From assembly GCA_030429145.1 (NCBI GenBank), contig JAUIDC010000001.1:900001-932000 (forward strand): DNA of 32,000 nucleotides. The letters run 5' to 3'. Made by a program: the position numbers and the translations under genes. Below the pieces are notes generated by a model, which saw only the letters and a list, made by a program, of their open reading frames with translations, was not told where the DNA came from and did no database searches. Below are positions 1 through 11,066 of the stretch, piece after piece; position 1 is the stretch's first letter, and every line of letters starts with the position of its first letter. The stretch is from Candidatus Saccharimonadota bacterium (lineage in GTDB: Bacteria; Patescibacteriota; Gracilibacteria; Absconditabacterales; Absconditicoccaceae).

Positions 1-1873
1 TGAACTTACTATTCGAGAAGTCCAAAGATCAATCCTGCTTGACATCGATATCATACTTACGTAAAATATCTGCAAGTTTGGTCTTCGCAGGAGTAAGATC
101 AATATCGATATTTATTTTCCTTATATCATTATACAATGGTCAAGCCTCGCCCATTTGTCAAAGTGAGTCTTCGTGATACTGCTTCACATCATCCACTATT
201 CCGTTGAGTAAACTTGATGAGACTTCTTTTGGCGTTAGCCCTCATTCTGATTGGGTGACTCATTCGTCTAGCTTAGTGAAATAGTCTCACACATATGGAT
301 TGCTTTCAACCTTTTTCATTGTCTCTTGATCGAGTCCTGATGCTTTGTCTGTGGCTCGTTTTTTTATTACATCAGAATTCTGCATTAACGCTCATATAGG
401 ATTTGATATGTTGATCGCTGTGTTAACAATTCTTTGTCCTCATGGTATAGAACTCGATCCTTTTGAAAGCATATTGAGTCATTTGTTGACTGCCTGTGGT
501 ACTCATGCATCTCCAGCTCACAATGATGCTTTGCTAAAGTTTGAAAGTCTAGCCGCTTCATCAGAATATCATGCGACCTTAGCTCCTAGGCTCGTAGCCT
601 TAGCTCCTCCACCTATCAATGTGAGCACATCACTTGCAACACCGACTGGATCTTGTTCCATGCTTCTTTGGAAGGCTTCCACACTACCATATCTATCGAG
701 TATTACTTGATGTCACTCAGGAGTCGCAACCAATTTCACTAGTCCAGAAATAGTATCATATGGGTTGGTGACTCATCTAGCAAGTGCTGTCCCGAGTTTC
801 ACCGCTGATCATGGAGCATTTACGAACATATTAGGGATTGTTTTGAAATCGCTGAATAGAACGTCTCGGAAAGACTTCGTTTTTTCTCTGATATAATTAT
901 CTACATTGCCATACATGAGCTGAGCTGTTTTGTCTTTGGCAAAATTATCCTCATATTCTTTCCTTTTTTGGGGATCAAGATTTGCTACTTTCTCATCGAT
1001 CTTGTCACTTATTCCCGCAGAGACATCAAATCACGGGATCATCTGAGCGAGCTCGTCGAGAGACTCAGTCCCTTTCCCTATGATATTTGCCCAGTTGAGT
1101 GTTTTCATGAGAGTACTTTCATCCTCTGAAAGTCTAGCAGGTGTCGCTCTAAGAGCTGTTCCTGCATCTCCTAACTCCTGATCAGACATAGGATCATCCA
1201 TATTCGTCTCTGGGACTTTTCCCTCTAGTCCCATGACAAAGGTATTCAATCATATTTTACCGTTGATATAGCTCTCGAATAGTTTTGGAGCTTCTGGGTT
1301 TTGTTTCAATATATCGCTGATGATTTTATCGTCCGCCATATTTCTGACTCCTATCACGCCATCCTGCACAGCTCTGATCCTTACATAATCGGCAAACTGC
1401 GACATCTTAATCACCTTGTCGGTAGTAGCTTTGATTTTTTGATCAGACTCTTGAGCATTGCCAGAAATCATACCTTTCCTATGCGCATCTCTATCTTTGA
1501 GAAACGCAGTATCTTGCTTTAGATCAAGCATTTTTGCATAGTGAGTCTCTGCATCGAGTTTGTTCCCATTGCTGAGCTTCATGATATTGTTTTCTTCTTC
1601 TTTCGTGAGGCCAGGGAAACTCTCTGATGGATCTGGATTGTCAACAACATATGACTGGTTCGCCGACGTAGACATTGGCCTACGCATAGCTTGCTGCCCC
1701 TGTGCAGTTTTCTCCTGCTGTTGTTGTTCTATACTTGCCTGCGCATCTTTATTTACCGATGCAAAATTTTCATCCGGTCTAAAAACCTTATCCTTCTGAT
1801 CAGTATTGTTGGAAAGATCCGCAGTCGGATTGGTAGTTTTCTTTAATCGTGACGGTAGCTTGAAACCAAACAT
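1..1873 (-). CDS. Large phage virion-associated protein. Its 3' end runs off the left edge, with at least 620 aa inside the window.
   Basis: The frame is open from the ATG at 1873..1871 down to position 2 when TGA is sense (in-frame TGA at 1250, 1031, 809, 773, 713 and others). There is no in-frame TAA or TAG. An in-frame TAG at 1898 closes the upstream gene. It is the last of a run of very large co-directional genes downstream of the capsid module. No catalytic motif was recognised. Confidence 0.6.
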
Positions 1874-1897
1874 ATTGCTGTCTGCTAAATTATAAAA

Positions 1898-4708
1898 CTA
1901 GTTGTATAATCAATTTGACATGAGATTGAGGTAGTTGATAGTCGGTAGTCATGATCATGAACCCAATCATATACCAGATCACGCACCTACTCATATGAAT
2001 GGGCTTGCGAAGTTTATGCTTGTTGTTTGTGTCGTTGATGATGATCAAGAACTAGATGGATCAAAGAATGGATCAAATAGCTCTTTTGGAAGTCCGTACA
2101 TATCGGCAATCATTTCATACTTAGATCAGACTTGGGATTGATAAGTATCGATCTTTTCACCATAGAGATTTGATGCTCCTTTGAGGAACTCTTGCCTCAT
2201 AGCAGTAGTGAGACGATCTCCATTGTAGATTTTGTTTCCAAGGTTCATCATTTTCTGGAAAAATGGTTGAGCTTCCTCAACTGTCTTGAATTCTTCTGGA
2301 CGGACTACTCCAGTAGGATCGAGCATTTTTGCAAAACCATTAACGATCTGTAAGTCTCCAACCGCATTATCTCCAGAAACTCCTATTTTCACATTCTGAT
2401 ACCCATTTTGTACCTCGAGTATCTGCTTGTATAGAGGTTCTCATCTGAGATTATCCATATACTTGTCCAATTGGGTTTGTTGCTTGGGAGTGAGAGAGGT
2501 TTTCAATCACTCTTTTAGCGCTTCGTTATACTCTGGCAACCATCACTGTTGCTGAGCCTGTTTCTGGATATCTCCATACTCACTTGGAGTCAGCGCTCAT
2601 CTTTTGAGTCTTTCCAAGTACGTATCTTTGACTGTATCGTTTCCTGATCATGATGATCATGTAACTTGTCCGAGTGCTACTATCCTTTGTTTGATATTCT
2701 TCGCTACGGCATCAACTCAGTCTTGTAATGTATTATACTTGACTTGGATACCTGCAGCACTTTTTGCATCAGTCTGTCCGACATTTCATGGGTTATTATT
2801 ACTATTCTTTGCTCACAGTCAGCTATCTAGTTGCATAGTAGCTGCAAGCATGATCGGATCGACACCGTACGCATCTGCTGATTTCTTGATCATATCGGTT
2901 GTAACCGTTGCTCCCCTCTTTGCAGCTCACTCCATGTATGTATCCAATCATTTTACTTGTATTTCCTCATAGATCTGAGCACCTCTTGATCCATCTGGAT
3001 CTCCAGTTGCGTATACACCAGAAAAGAAGCTCTTGCCATTGAACTTTCCAGCACGCAATGTCGCGAATAGTTGTGCATCTGTAAGGTTGGAGATAGTAGG
3101 AGTCTCGATGAGTTTCCAGTCTCAGTTTTCTTCTTGTTGCCATAACTGATCAGCATACTCCTCTGGCTTGTTGCTGATACCAACCTGTTTATTTGCCCAG
3201 GCTTTGTACTGAGGTTTTGCCTTCACATCCTTGAAGATCTGATCCATAATATTGCCAAATTGTCATCCTTGCGACATTTGGTCAAGTATATCCTTGGTCA
3301 TCTGAGTCGGAGTTCTCTGAAATGGTAGTCCGTCGAACTGAGTATATAGCTCCTCTACCGCATTCCTTACGGCTTTTTGTCTGAGCGCTGGATCGTCGCT
3401 ATTTATATCTCATGTTGTGTATAGCTCTTGTTTCTTCCATACTTCAAATTCGAGATCCTTCTGGAAGGTCAAGAGTTTGTATTGGTTCTGCTGATCGACT
3501 TGTTTCTGTACGACGCCATTTGCAAACTGTAGGATGTTCAAATTATTGTTAAACTCTTGATTTTGTAGACTATACTCTTGTATGGCCGTACTCATCTTTT
3601 GTTGTGCCATATTAACACGTGTATTGTACTGATTTATCTTTGTATTCATTTGGATCGACTTTGACGTTAATGTCCTTTGCAATCACTCTATCTCATCATT
3701 CGCGATAGAGTCAGCGAGTCATTTATCGATCCCTTGTCAGTCAAACCTTGCATAGACATCTTTCTTTTTGTTTGCAATATCTAGCTGGATCTGATCTATT
3801 TCTCATTGCAATGAAGCGATAGAGTCTGAAAGTTCTCTATTTTCTGGGGTGTTGATCTCTGTATCATACATAGATTGGAGATCCGGTACTGGAGTCTGTC
3901 CAAGTGACGCCTTGAGCGTCTCAACAAGTGTTTGTACTGCTTTGACAGGATCATTAAGAGACGATGACGTAGTGATATTATCACCATTGAGTTTTTTATT
4001 CGACGTAGAGGAACTATCATACTCCCCTTTCAATTTCATCACCGCATCATATTTTGCTGGATCCGTGATCTTTAATCAAGTGATTGCAGGATCATCCATC
4101 GAAATAGATCCATATGATATCCCGAGAGCGATATCGTAGTTGCTCATGGTCGCAAATTTTGACGCATCTTTTATAGCGAGCTGGTTTGCTTGGTTGCTAT
4201 TGAAGAAATCATCAAGCACAGCCTTTTGAGCGTCACTTCTGAGTCAGTAACTGAAAGCCTTGTCGAATGTCCCTCTATCTGCAAACAGTCATGGTGAAGA
4301 CTGGGCTGACTGCTGTAGATTTTCGGTGATTTGTTTCAGTCTTTCATCGTCAGCACTTTGATAGTCAAACTGAGGAGGTGCAACTGGTTGCTTATATTCC
4401 TTCTGAGTCGTCTGAGGTTTCGGTTGCTCTGGTTGTGGTGGATCTATACGTTGCTGTCATCCTGCGAAAACTTTGTTTGCATCCATACCAGTATCTTCCG
4501 TTGGTTGTGGCTGTTCCTGCTGAGGAGGTGCAACTGGAGCTGTTCCATTCACTTGTGCTACCGCACCAGTCGTTTTCTGCAAGAGAGCTTTCGTTCTAGC
4601 TTGATCTGGAGTAGAAAGAGCTTTGAACTGATCAGACTGATAGTAGTTGTCCAAACTACCATGTTGATTGATTATATTCTCTGTCGCCTGTTGGTTTTGA
4701 TCCACCAT
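1898..4708 (-). CDS. 936-aa phage virion or ejection-type protein with a lysozyme-like (FlgJ/glucosaminidase-like) motif.
   Basis: I scanned every TTA and CTA on the plus strand between 1898 and 4708 and none is in frame, so this is a single ORF running ATG 4708..4706 to TAG 1900..1898. It joins the track fragments 4457..4708, 3803..4042, 3410..3682 and 2126..2392, all in the same frame. It has a Gln/Pro-rich N-terminus and coiled-coil-like middle. The motif ...GVDPIMLAATMQLDSGLGAKNSNNNPGNVGQTD (about 2765..2870) resembles the ALESGWG...NNxFGI signature of muramidase/glucosaminidase domains, with Asp in place of Glu. Confidence 0.6.
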
Positions 4709-4733
4709 AATTGATTTGTATACTATATAAATG

Positions 4734-5132
4734 TTATCTGATCCTTGCTATTCATTTGGCAGTTGGGGTGCTGGAGTATGTGATTTCTATCGTATCACCG
4801 TTTCACAGTAGCATTACCTTGTCAGGGAAGTCCTCAAACGTGCCTGGTACTCTCGATATTCTGAGAGACACTCACGATCCTCATGTCACAATAATATCAA
4901 CGGGATATCATAGTGTGTTTTGCCACGTTGCAGGAGATCCAGAGAGCGTCAGTGTAAATACATTTTGTAGCTCCGTATATTTTGATATTGGAGCAGAGAA
5001 CACTCCTTCATCCTGTATTGGTTTTAGTTTTGGATGTCTCACATAGGCTTGAGAAAACTCTCATGTCTTATTGTTGAGAGACGGAGTAAGTATCATATCA
5101 ACTTGCTGGCTAGTGCCGAGTGCGTTATTCAT
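4734..5132 (-). CDS. 132-aa hypothetical phage protein in the tail-module position.
   Basis: ATG at 5132..5130 overlaps the stop of the upstream 718-aa gene. TAA at 4736..4734. Six in-frame TGA. Sequence begins MNNALGTSQQVDMILTPSLNNKTGEF. Confidence 0.5.
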
Positions 5133-7281
5133 TAGGCTTTATAGCATATGAGATATCGATGTCATATATTTCTGGAGACTCTCCATTGCTTGGATTGAAC
5201 ATTTCTACTATGAGACTGCATTCGTTTCACGATACATTTGCATTTTCTGCTAGTACCGTATGTTTTCTTTGTCGAGATGCTGTTGTATAATCGCTAGTTG
5301 ATGGAGCTATTTCTTTTATGAAAAGCTCTATAGTCTTGGATGGTGCAAAGGTGGTCGCTTCAGAGGTGGCAGTTGATCAGATCCTCACCGTGAAATCGTC
5401 GACAACAGATGCGACCGTATACTCATAGATCGGCCTACGGTTAAATCATCTGAACCTGATCACTGATCATGTCTTGATAAATCATTTGATAGGTGTTTTG
5501 AAAACAATGTCGCATGTCGAAGCACCATTCGTCATGCTATAGATCTCAGTATCATTGAGAGACCACCAGAGCTTGATTGATCATGGAGTATCTGACCTAG
5601 GGATCTTTGCACCGAAGGAGATTTTTTGTGGGATCTTTTCGTGTTGCCATTTTTCAGCTCTAAATGGGTTGAGTTGAAATCGTCAATAATCGTTGTAGTT
5701 ATCGTTCGCTTGTGCGAAATAATACTTAATTAGTCTAAATCATAGTTTCCCATTGCCATCGTAGCTATCTGCTGGGATGATACCGATATAGAGCACATTA
5801 CTTTTGATAGCCATACAAGTCACCTGCCCATATGGGAGAGAAATAGGCACATTGAGTGCTATAGGCATGCTAGGTTTTGCAAATCACAAAGAAAATATCC
5901 TATTCATACTATTCTGAGACACACCGCCTCACACATTACCACCGTTTGCCATGTATACCATATCGAGATACTTCACGATATTATTTGTGAGATCTGGGTA
6001 GAAACCAAATCTATCAGATCCTTCCCTGATAGATGACTCATCGCGAGACCAGCTTCTTATTTCATCCGCATATATAGGATCGTCACTGTACCCTTGACTC
6101 AAGAAAATCTTCCTATACCATTGAGATCAACAAACGACATAGTCGACAGTACCGTCTCACGATATATTGAGTATTTTCACATCACCATATTTCTTTGAGT
6201 GTACTGGGAGTTGAGAGACTCCATCCCAGAAAAACTTTTTACCTCTGTTGTCCTCGTTACCATATACCTGAAAAAGTGATCAGTTTTTACTGATCCCTCT
6301 GATATCAATCGGTAGTGATAGTGTTGCAGAAGTGGTGAAAGCATTGCTTGCTGTCTCAATTCTTCTGATCTGTTTGTCGACGGCAAGCATCAAAAGGCTA
6401 CCCTCTTTATGAAATGGAGTGTGATTGTCTGACACACCTGATCGAGTTATTTTCCTTGCAAGTGTTGTATCTGTAAATAGGAGACTCGTGAGCTGTCCAT
6501 TGTAAGAGCTCGATGGTCTAAACTCTATTGTAGGATTTGTCGTAGTGACCAACGCTCAAAACACATAGGTGCGAGCATCCGTTCATCAGCTTATTGTACC
6601 TATTTTTGTACCACCAACATATACGTCAACTGTACCAGTCGATCCTCAGTTTTCTCTCACTTTCAGTCTAAATATCTTACCATTTGCAGTACCAACGGCC
6701 GTTGAGGTTATCGTCAGATATGCAGTATTTCATGCAGTATGTGTAACATCAAAATTTGTACCCTTTGACCATCATGTACCAACGCTATACGTTCCAGCGT
6801 TTGTCACATCGACGTATTCGGTACTTCCAATTATTCCTGCATGTGCCTGCCCAGTGTTATACTCCCATGAGTAAACGCCATGACTAGAAACGATAAATCC
6901 ATAGTTTCCAATCTTCCCTATATTGAGAATGAAAGCAGGTATTGATACGATGCGTCACGTTGATGTGTCGTACTTATACGTTGTTTCGCTATAGAGAGCC
7001 CCACCGTCAGCAACCGATCATCCATATGTCGCTATCATTTGTTCATTATTTCATCCATCGCATTGTGCAACAGGATACCCCTCATTGTTGTTCTCGGTGA
7101 TTTTTATGAAATCATCACCAGCATCACCAATAAGTTTTGATAGCCTTACTCTACCAGACTGAGAAAAAGTATCTATGTTCTCACCATAGAAATACGAATG
7201 CTCCAGAGGCACGTACTTATCGTTTGTGATGCCTCATATGAGAGTCGGGATGTTGTATGGTTGTCTGATATCTCATGCCAT
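5125..7281 (-). CDS. 718-aa Gly/Thr/Asn-rich phage tail or receptor-binding candidate.
   Basis: ORF runs ATG 7281..7279 to TAA 5127..5125 and contains 24 in-frame TGA. Every TTA and CTA in the interval was checked and none is in frame. This explains why the standard-code track shows almost no ORF between 4.7 and 7.3 kb. The composition (GTGT, VDVYVGGT, GGSTGT stretches) is beta-rich and fibre-like. It lies directly after the adaptor-like gene. Confidence 0.55.
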
Positions 7282-7285
7282 GGCG

Positions 7286-7972
7286 TTACACTAGGTTGCT
7301 GTTATCAGGTCTTTCTCAGTAGGCAGGCTTTGTGCTTCTGATGCTGACCTCATCTAAAAGAGTATCTAGTTTTCTTTTGAACTCTGCCTCATTGTCATTT
7401 TTTTCGTTTATGAGTTGCCTTTCTTTGAACAGATCGCTTGCTACTCATAGTGGCAAAAGAAAGTGCATCTCGTATGGGAGTCTTATGTCGGCCTCAACGC
7501 TTGATGACGATAGAGGCGCTGGCTGTCTTATTCCTTCAAATTTTATACCATTTGTCACAGCAACAGTCGGTGTTGGAAAGATGAATATACTATCATCTGC
7601 TATGATGTAGAAAGGATCATCTTTCGACTGGTTCGTTTTATACCGTAGAATATCAGTGTCTTTGTCCAATTCCTCGAAACTCCTCTCTGTGCATGGAGTG
7701 AAATAGTCATCGGTAGATGCATATTTGATCCCGATGTTTTCGATTTTCCTCTGTCCTGGAGTTGTACCACTCACTCACAATATGGTGTACTCGCTTTGAT
7801 CCAAAACTGAGTCCGCATATCGTCTATCTCGTTGGTAGCTCCTATCTTTCAAGACGATTTCTGAGTATATCAAATCACGGACAGCCGAGAGGATGTCGTA
7901 ACAATCGTCGTCATCAGTGGTATAGTTACCACTTAATCTCCTTGCTCTCGCAATTATCGCACTAGGTAGCAT
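7286..7972 (-). CDS. 228-aa head-tail adaptor candidate with a gp6-like N-terminal motif.
   Basis: ATG 7972..7970, TAA 7288..7286. It joins track ORFs 7775..7972 and 7445..7774 across TGA. The N-terminus ARARRLSGNYTTDDDDCYDILSAVRDLIYSEI resembles the ...R...DDD..I..lI.aA... signature of gp6-type connector proteins. It sits between the capsid and tail genes. Confidence 0.45.
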
Positions 7973-8038
7973 ACTTCCATGAGGTTATCCATAAAATGTA
8001 TTGCTTTGGTTATATGTGCCACAACCAAAGCTAACATA

Positions 8039-8530
8039 CTATGAGTCCTCTCCCTCTGCATCGTCTTCATCGTCAGAGTCAGCATCAGCATCCTCATCAT
8101 CAGAAGCGTCAGGCATTTCTGCGAGAGCCTTATCGACCTTAGTTTTGAGTTTATCAAGACCAGTATTGTGATAGTTCTTGATACCAAGAGCCTTTGCAGT
8201 CTCTCTATATTCCTCCTCAGTCTGAGGGTTCATATTGATGTCCACATTTGCATCATCAGAAGCGTCTTCTGAGTCTGCATTTGCGTCTTCTGCTGGAGAC
8301 TCGTCTGGTTTGATCATAGATCTTTCGTGAGTCCATTTATCTCTAGGGACAATAGGATCTCATCCACCAAATCCAGCATTGACAGATACTCTCGCACCTT
8401 TCTTTTTTGCTACATGGTTGCGATCTACTATTTGATAGTTATCAGGTTTCCCATTTTCTCTGTTCTGCCTGATCCTTGCGACATCTTCTGTACGCACTTT
8501 TCTACCTTCAAACATGATATATTGAGCCAT
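8039..8530 (-). CDS. 163-aa phage protein with a basic N-terminus, poly-acidic tracts and an HeH/Rho_N-like helix pair.
   Basis: ATG 8530..8528, TAG 8041..8039, one in-frame TGA at 8360 inside GFGG-G-DP. It extends track ORF 8039..8317. The motif AKALGIKNYHNTGLDKLKTKV is flanked by the D/E/A/S-rich runs DANADSEDASDDANVD and DASDDEDADADSDDEDDAEGEDS. Confidence 0.6.
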
Positions 8531-8549
8531 TATAATTCGTATAAGATAA

Positions 8550-8578
8550 ATAAAGAAAAGGAAGGAGGCAAAGCCTCC
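8550..8578 (-). terminator. Rho-independent terminator downstream of the capsid gene.
   Basis: Minus-sense hairpin GGAGGC-TTT-GCCTCC (8578..8564) is followed by TTCCTTTTCTTTATTTATC, 10 nt after the capsid stop codon. Confidence 0.6.
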
Positions 8579-8588
8579 GTCCTATAGA

Positions 8589-9548
8589 CTAGCTACCAGG
8601 AGAACCAACCAAAGTGAATGGAAGATTTCTGAGACCATATTTGAATGATCCAGCATATGCCCACTTCCATGAGAGGTTTTGTGACTCAGTCATCACATCT
8701 CCTTGGAGTTGAGGTCTTTCGATGAAGTTCACGAACATTGGGTTCTCAACAGCCAACATATCTGAGTCTGCAACAAAGAAGTATGCAGTACCACTTGTTA
8801 GCCATGGAGTCTCGATGATTGTGTACTCACCAGCGTAGATATTGATATTTCCAACTGAAGTAGCTTGATATTGAGTACGAATGTTCTCGATACCAAAGAT
8901 TTGTTTTGCAAGAGCAGCAGCAGCTCCTCCCTTCTTGACTATGATAGTCTTGAAGTTGAGAGGCATCTCCGCTCCAGTAGAGTCAACAAATGCTCCTCCG
9001 TATGCTTCAACAGCTTTTACAACATCGAGAGAGAGTGCTGATGATGCGAGCTTGTTATCGAATGTTCCATCAGAAGAATTCCATAGATGTGCATCATTAC
9101 ATACAGATAGTCCATCTGGAGCTAACACATAAGAACCAGTGAACGCGTCATTGAGGATCTTGTGTGTTTCTTTCTCGAGAAATGAGTGCATAGCAACGAG
9201 TGCACCATTTTTCTGGTTATTTACGATCTCAAGGATCTTCTCAGTGTTGTCTCTTGCCTTCAATCTTGCCTTTTTAGAGACAGAGATTGTATGACCGAAC
9301 TCCTCTGAGTCGAAAGTAGATCTGTATCCCTTTCCGATCTTTGACTCTGGTAGATTTTCGTTCTCGTCGAAGTATGTAGGTTGATCTACTCCTTCGTTAG
9401 AGGTGAAAGACTCTGAGTATTCGTCAGTGTCTGCCACATCGAAGATCTTATTCATTGCCGAATTTCTGATTGCTTCCATAGTCTGGTTATCGAAGTGTTT
9501 TTTCACAGACTTGGCAAAATCAGAGTTAAATTCTTGAATAGTAAGCAT
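8589..9548 (-). CDS. 319-aa major capsid protein candidate.
   Basis: Intact ORF with no TGA, ending in TAG. It follows portal, scaffold and the decoration-like gene in order, and is followed by a strong terminator. Its size and mixed alpha/beta composition are typical of a major head protein. The fold was not verified. Confidence 0.6.
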   Translation of the reverse strand: MLTIQEFNSDFAKSVKKHFDNQTMEAIRNSAMNKIFDVADTDEYSESFTSNEGVDQPTYFDENENLPESKIGKGYRSTFDSEEFGHTISVSKKARLKARDNTEKILEIVNNQKNGALVAMHSFLEKETHKILNDAFTGSYVLAPDGLSVCNDAHLWNSSDGTFDNKLASSALSLDVVKAVEAYGGAFVDSTGAEMPLNFKTIIVKKGGAAAALAKQIFGIENIRTQYQATSVGNINIYAGEYTIIETPWLTSGTAYFFVADSDMLAVENPMFVNFIERPQLQGDVMTESQNLSWKWAYAGSFKYGLRNLPFTLVGSPGS

Positions 9549-9590
9549 GATAAGTCGATAGTAAAACGAGGTAAAATAGCAGGCAATCTG

Positions 9591-10019
9591 CTAGTAAATG
9601 TGTTTGTTGATTTTCACAACGATGTTTCCTACAGCACCGACGGTAGTACCATGCTTGGTAGTGTCGTATGGGCTGATCTTGAATACGTCAGTAGAACTTG
9701 CACCAACGTCAATGAGTTGATCTGAACTAGACATAACAATGTCGACCTCAGTTCCTCTTTGAGCTACTGCATAATTTGCATCACCAGTACCGATGAATTC
9801 AGCTTCCTTGTCTGCAATGACAGGGCATTTCGTTTCACCTGCTGGTGCTCCGTCTGGACAGTTTGCAATAGCCGCCGATGCAGCTCCTGCCTCTACAGCA
9901 AGACCTGATGAAAGGGCTACCATTCTACCAGCGGTAATGACTGTAGCACTACCTTTCGCTAGATATCCAGTGCGGAAATGTTCTCCAGCGTTTAGAATTT
10001 CAAAGTTTTTTGCTGCCAT
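9591..10019 (-). CDS. 142-aa Ala/Gly-rich capsid accessory or decoration-like protein.
   Basis: ORF ends in TAG and has no TGA. It lies immediately upstream of the capsid gene. The call rests on position and composition only (MAAKNFEILNAGEHFRTGYLAKGSATVITAGRMVAL...). Confidence 0.4.
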   Translation of the reverse strand: MAAKNFEILNAGEHFRTGYLAKGSATVITAGRMVALSSGLAVEAGAASAAIANCPDGAPAGETKCPVIADKEAEFIGTGDANYAVAQRGTEVDIVMSSSDQLIDVGASSTDVFKISPYDTTKHGTTVGAVGNIVVKINKHIY

Positions 10020-10046
10020 AATTAAGAATGGATATGGAAATAAATG

Positions 10047-10628
10047 TTATTTTTTGTCCTTATCGGACTTTTTCTCAGTGAATGGAGACTTACTGAACAC
10101 TGCGTCTGCTAGTGATTGAGTACCTCATGGAGTTCCATATTGTCCATGGATCTTTGAGATCTTTGTTCTCTCTTTCGCAGCATATGCAGGGTCTTTCATT
10201 TTCCTTCCGTGAGCGACATGGTATGCGTCCTCCAAAGGGATGTTGTGATCTTTGGCAATAGCTTCTGCATCCGCTAGAAGTTCATCGCCATATCTCTCGA
10301 CGAGTGATGCTCTCTCCGCAGACTCTTTCTGCTGTTTAGAGACAATTTCTTTGACATCATCCTCCGACATAGCGCCAGTTTTCTTGAGATCTTGAACTTT
10401 GTTGTAGTTTCTTTTTTCTCTACCCTTCATTTTCTCAATTTTCTGATCTTTCTTGTTGAGCTCCGCTTTCAGTTGCTCTGGAGAGAGATCTTTGTACTTG
10501 TCTTCGGCATCAGACGGATCACGGTCTCCACCCTCCCCATCATCATCGTTGTCAAGATCATCATCGTTCTGAGTATTAAGCTCTTTTTCATCTCCTTCGT
10601 CAGGAGTCGTTGTTGTTACTTCTACCAT
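10047..10628 (-). CDS. 193-aa scaffolding protein candidate.
   Basis: Track ORF 10125..10628 reads through TGA at 10125 to TAA at 10049..10047. It has an acidic N-terminus and a K/E-rich coiled-coil-like core, and lies between the portal and capsid genes. Confidence 0.45.
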
Positions 10629-10715
10629 GGTTAATTGAGTTTAAAGGTTAAATGTTTTATGTAGCCTAACCAAGCTACGATGGTCTTACTCCATGACTTG
10701 CACGGATGCCGTATA

Positions 10716-11066
10716 TTATCAGCCCCTCTGTTGGAGGTTATGATCAGGATTGAGAGTCTTTGCTTCTTGATAATATTCGAGAGGTTGTTTCTGGATATTT
10801 TCGAGGAACGCTATGATATTTCTCAGTTCTTGTACCTCATCCATCGTATTAGCTTTTGTACGTAGATCCTCGTATGCTTGATTTATTTTCTCCTGCACTA
10901 GATCGACAAAGAACATCTTGAAACATGGATTTTCTAGGAAGCTCACGAACACAGTGAAATCGACTTTTGCCTTCTTTGTCTTTTCATAGAACTCCTCAAA
11001 AAGCTGTCAGAAGTATCAGATCATATTCTCTCAGTAGATGAGTTTATTATCGACGGACTTTATCAT
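10716..11066 (-). CDS. 116-aa hypothetical phage protein.
   Basis: ATG 11066..11064 overlaps the portal stop by 7 nt. In-frame TGA at 11031, 11016, 11007 and 10719. TAA at 10718..10716. Confidence 0.45.

Noticed and set aside
345-7610. Plus-strand standard-code ORFs in the track (345..710, 1301..1522, 1560..1799, 2604..2972, 3849..4139, 4331..4714, 4711..5046, 6569..6874, 7332..7610).
   Set aside because: All lie antisense to long minus-strand ORFs that are continuous under code 25. Their translations are low-complexity (Ser/Leu/Cys/Phe-rich) and they have no start context. I treat them as shadow ORFs.
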